Shown here: positions 62,902 to 64,000 of the stretch, piece by piece
Numbering within the stretch: the stretch's first letter is position 1
Layout of the letters: each line of letters starts with the position of its first letter
Source of the DNA: an uncultured Christensenella sp.
GTDB lineage: Bacteria; Bacillota; Clostridia; Christensenellales; CAG-138
NCBI GenBank assembly: GCA_964426415.1
Contig: CAYRQM010000001.1
Location: 2,803 to 66,802 of the forward strand
DNA length: 64,000 nucleotides
Direction: 5' to 3'
Made by a program: the position numbers and the translations under genes
The notes under the pieces: model-generated
The model's input: the letters and a program-made list of their open reading frames with translations, nothing else
What the model was told of the DNA's origin: nothing
The model's database searches: none

Positions 62902-64000
62902 ATGTACAAGAAAGTTCCTACCGACATGGATTTTGTTTCCCGCGAGAAAGAAACGCTCGCATTTTGGAAAGAGAAGCAAGTATTCGAAAAAAGCGTTGCA
63001 TTGCGCAAGGGCTGTCCTGCCTTTACGTTTTTTGACGGCCCGCCCACCGCGAATGGCAAGCCGCATATCGGGCACGTTTTGACCCGCAGCATCAAAGACT
63101 TAATCCCCCGTTACAAGACGATGAAGGGATACGACGTCCTGCGCAAAGCGGGCTGGGACACCCATGGTCTGCCCGTCGAGTTGGAGGTTGAGAAGACGCT
63201 CAAGCTGGACGGCAAGGAGCAGATCGAAGCCTACGGCGTCGAGTCCTTCATCAAGGAATGCAAGAATTCCGTGTGGAAATACGAAGGCCAATGGCAGGAG
63301 ATGTCCGACCGCGTGGGCTATTGGGTCGACATGAAAGACCCGTATGTGACCTACCACGACGACTATATCGAGTCCGAATGGTGGGCGCTTAAGACGATTT
63401 TCGACAAGGGACTTTTGTACAAGGGACACAAGATTGTGCCCTATTGCCCGCGCTGCGGGACGGCGCTTGCCAGCCATGAGGTGGCGCAAGGCTATCACGA
63501 CGTGAAGGAAACGTCGGCAATTGCCAAGTTCCGCTCCAAGGCCGACCCCACCGTACAATTTTTGGCATGGACGACGACGCCTTGGACGCTGCCGTCCAAC
63601 GTGGCGCTGTGCGTCAACGCGCACGAGACGTACGTCAAGGCGAAGAAGGACGGCGAAACCTACATCTTGGCGGAGGCGCTGACAGCGTCCGTGCTGGGCG
63701 AGGACGCCGAAATCTTGGATCGCTTCTTGGGCGCGGCGCTGGAGGGCATGGAGTATGAGCCGCTGTTCGATCTGCCGGTATCGTTTGGCAACAAGAAGGG
63801 CTATCGCGTCGTGTCCGACGATTACGTCACGCTGACCGACGGCACGGGCATCGTGCATACCGCACCCGCATTCGGCGAGGACGACAACCGCGTGGGCAAG
63901 GCATGGGATTTGCCTTTTGTGCAGTTTGTCAACGCGTCGGGCCATATGACGGGCGGTACGCCTTGGGACGGGCTGTTCGTCAAGGACGCCGACCGCCCCA
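62902..64000 (+). CDS. ileS: isoleucyl-tRNA synthetase, N-terminal part (continues past window end)
   Basis: The frame is open from ATG 62902 after AGGAGG. It contains PPTANGKPHIGH (HIGH motif), WDTHGLPVE and a CPRCGT zinc site. Confidence 0.93.
   Translation, partial: MYKKVPTDMDFVSREKETLAFWKEKQVFEKSVALRKGCPAFTFFDGPPTANGKPHIGHVLTRSIKDLIPRYKTMKGYDVLRKAGWDTHGLPVELEVEKTLKLDGKEQIEAYGVESFIKECKNSVWKYEGQWQEMSDRVGYWVDMKDPYVTYHDDYIESEWWALKTIFDKGLLYKGHKIVPYCPRCGTALASHEVAQGYHDVKETSAIAKFRSKADPTVQFLAWTTTPWTLPSNVALCVNAHETYVKAKKDGETYILAEALTASVLGEDAEILDRFLGAALEGMEYEPLFDLPVSFGNKKGYRVVSDDYVTLTDGTGIVHTAPAFGEDDNRVGKAWDLPFVQFVNASGHMTGGTPWDGLFVKDADRP

Overview
The window comes from a GC-rich Firmicutes/Clostridia-type chromosome and is mostly core housekeeping DNA. 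This taxonomic placement is inferred from gene order, the KOW gene between map and infA, the T-box and a dockerin. Positions 1-15.0 kb hold the S10-spc-alpha ribosomal protein cluster, running from partial rplC to rplQ and including secY-adk-map-KOW-infA-rpmJ. Positions 15.4-22.3 kb hold a VanW-domain protein, a dockerin-bearing Cys-repeat surface protein, trmL, rpmB, a TrmH-family methyltransferase, an MFS transporter and a small membrane protein. Positions 22.3-24.5 kb are a sharply AT-rich IS1595-family element with terminal inverted repeats and an 8-bp target duplication, and it carries an orphan SAM-methyltransferase as cargo. Positions 24.5-33.3 kb hold a six-gene Opp/Dpp-like ABC importer with an oversized binding protein and a permease carrying a roughly 540-aa extracytoplasmic insertion. 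Positions 33.4-36.1 kb hold rpmG-secE-nusG-rplK-rplA. The rest contains pepF, an ECF S-component-like protein, two LysR regulators, a cyclophilin lipoprotein, prfB (no frameshift), arcB-arcA, two tandem amidase lipoproteins, recR-ybaB-dnaX, radA, a DUF368 membrane protein, htrA and a GntR regulator. It also contains a class A PBP split by an in-frame TAA, a SLOG/YpsA-like gene, a degenerate amidase paralog, and a T-box-controlled ileS that runs off the 3' edge. I found no rRNA, tRNA or CRISPR and no recognisable defence system. The observations most worth follow-up are: (1) the cargo-carrying IS; (2) a recurring -10 hexamer-N6-ATG architecture at six SD-less gene starts, suggesting leaderless mRNAs; (3) the interrupted PBP; (4) the atypical ABC importer; (5) two hairpin-rich non-coding regions, a roughly 100-bp tandem repeat with 25-bp palindromes after rplQ and a roughly 500-bp nested-palindrome region ahead of the ileS T-box. 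All calls rest on reading the translated ORFs and the DNA by eye. No database search was run.
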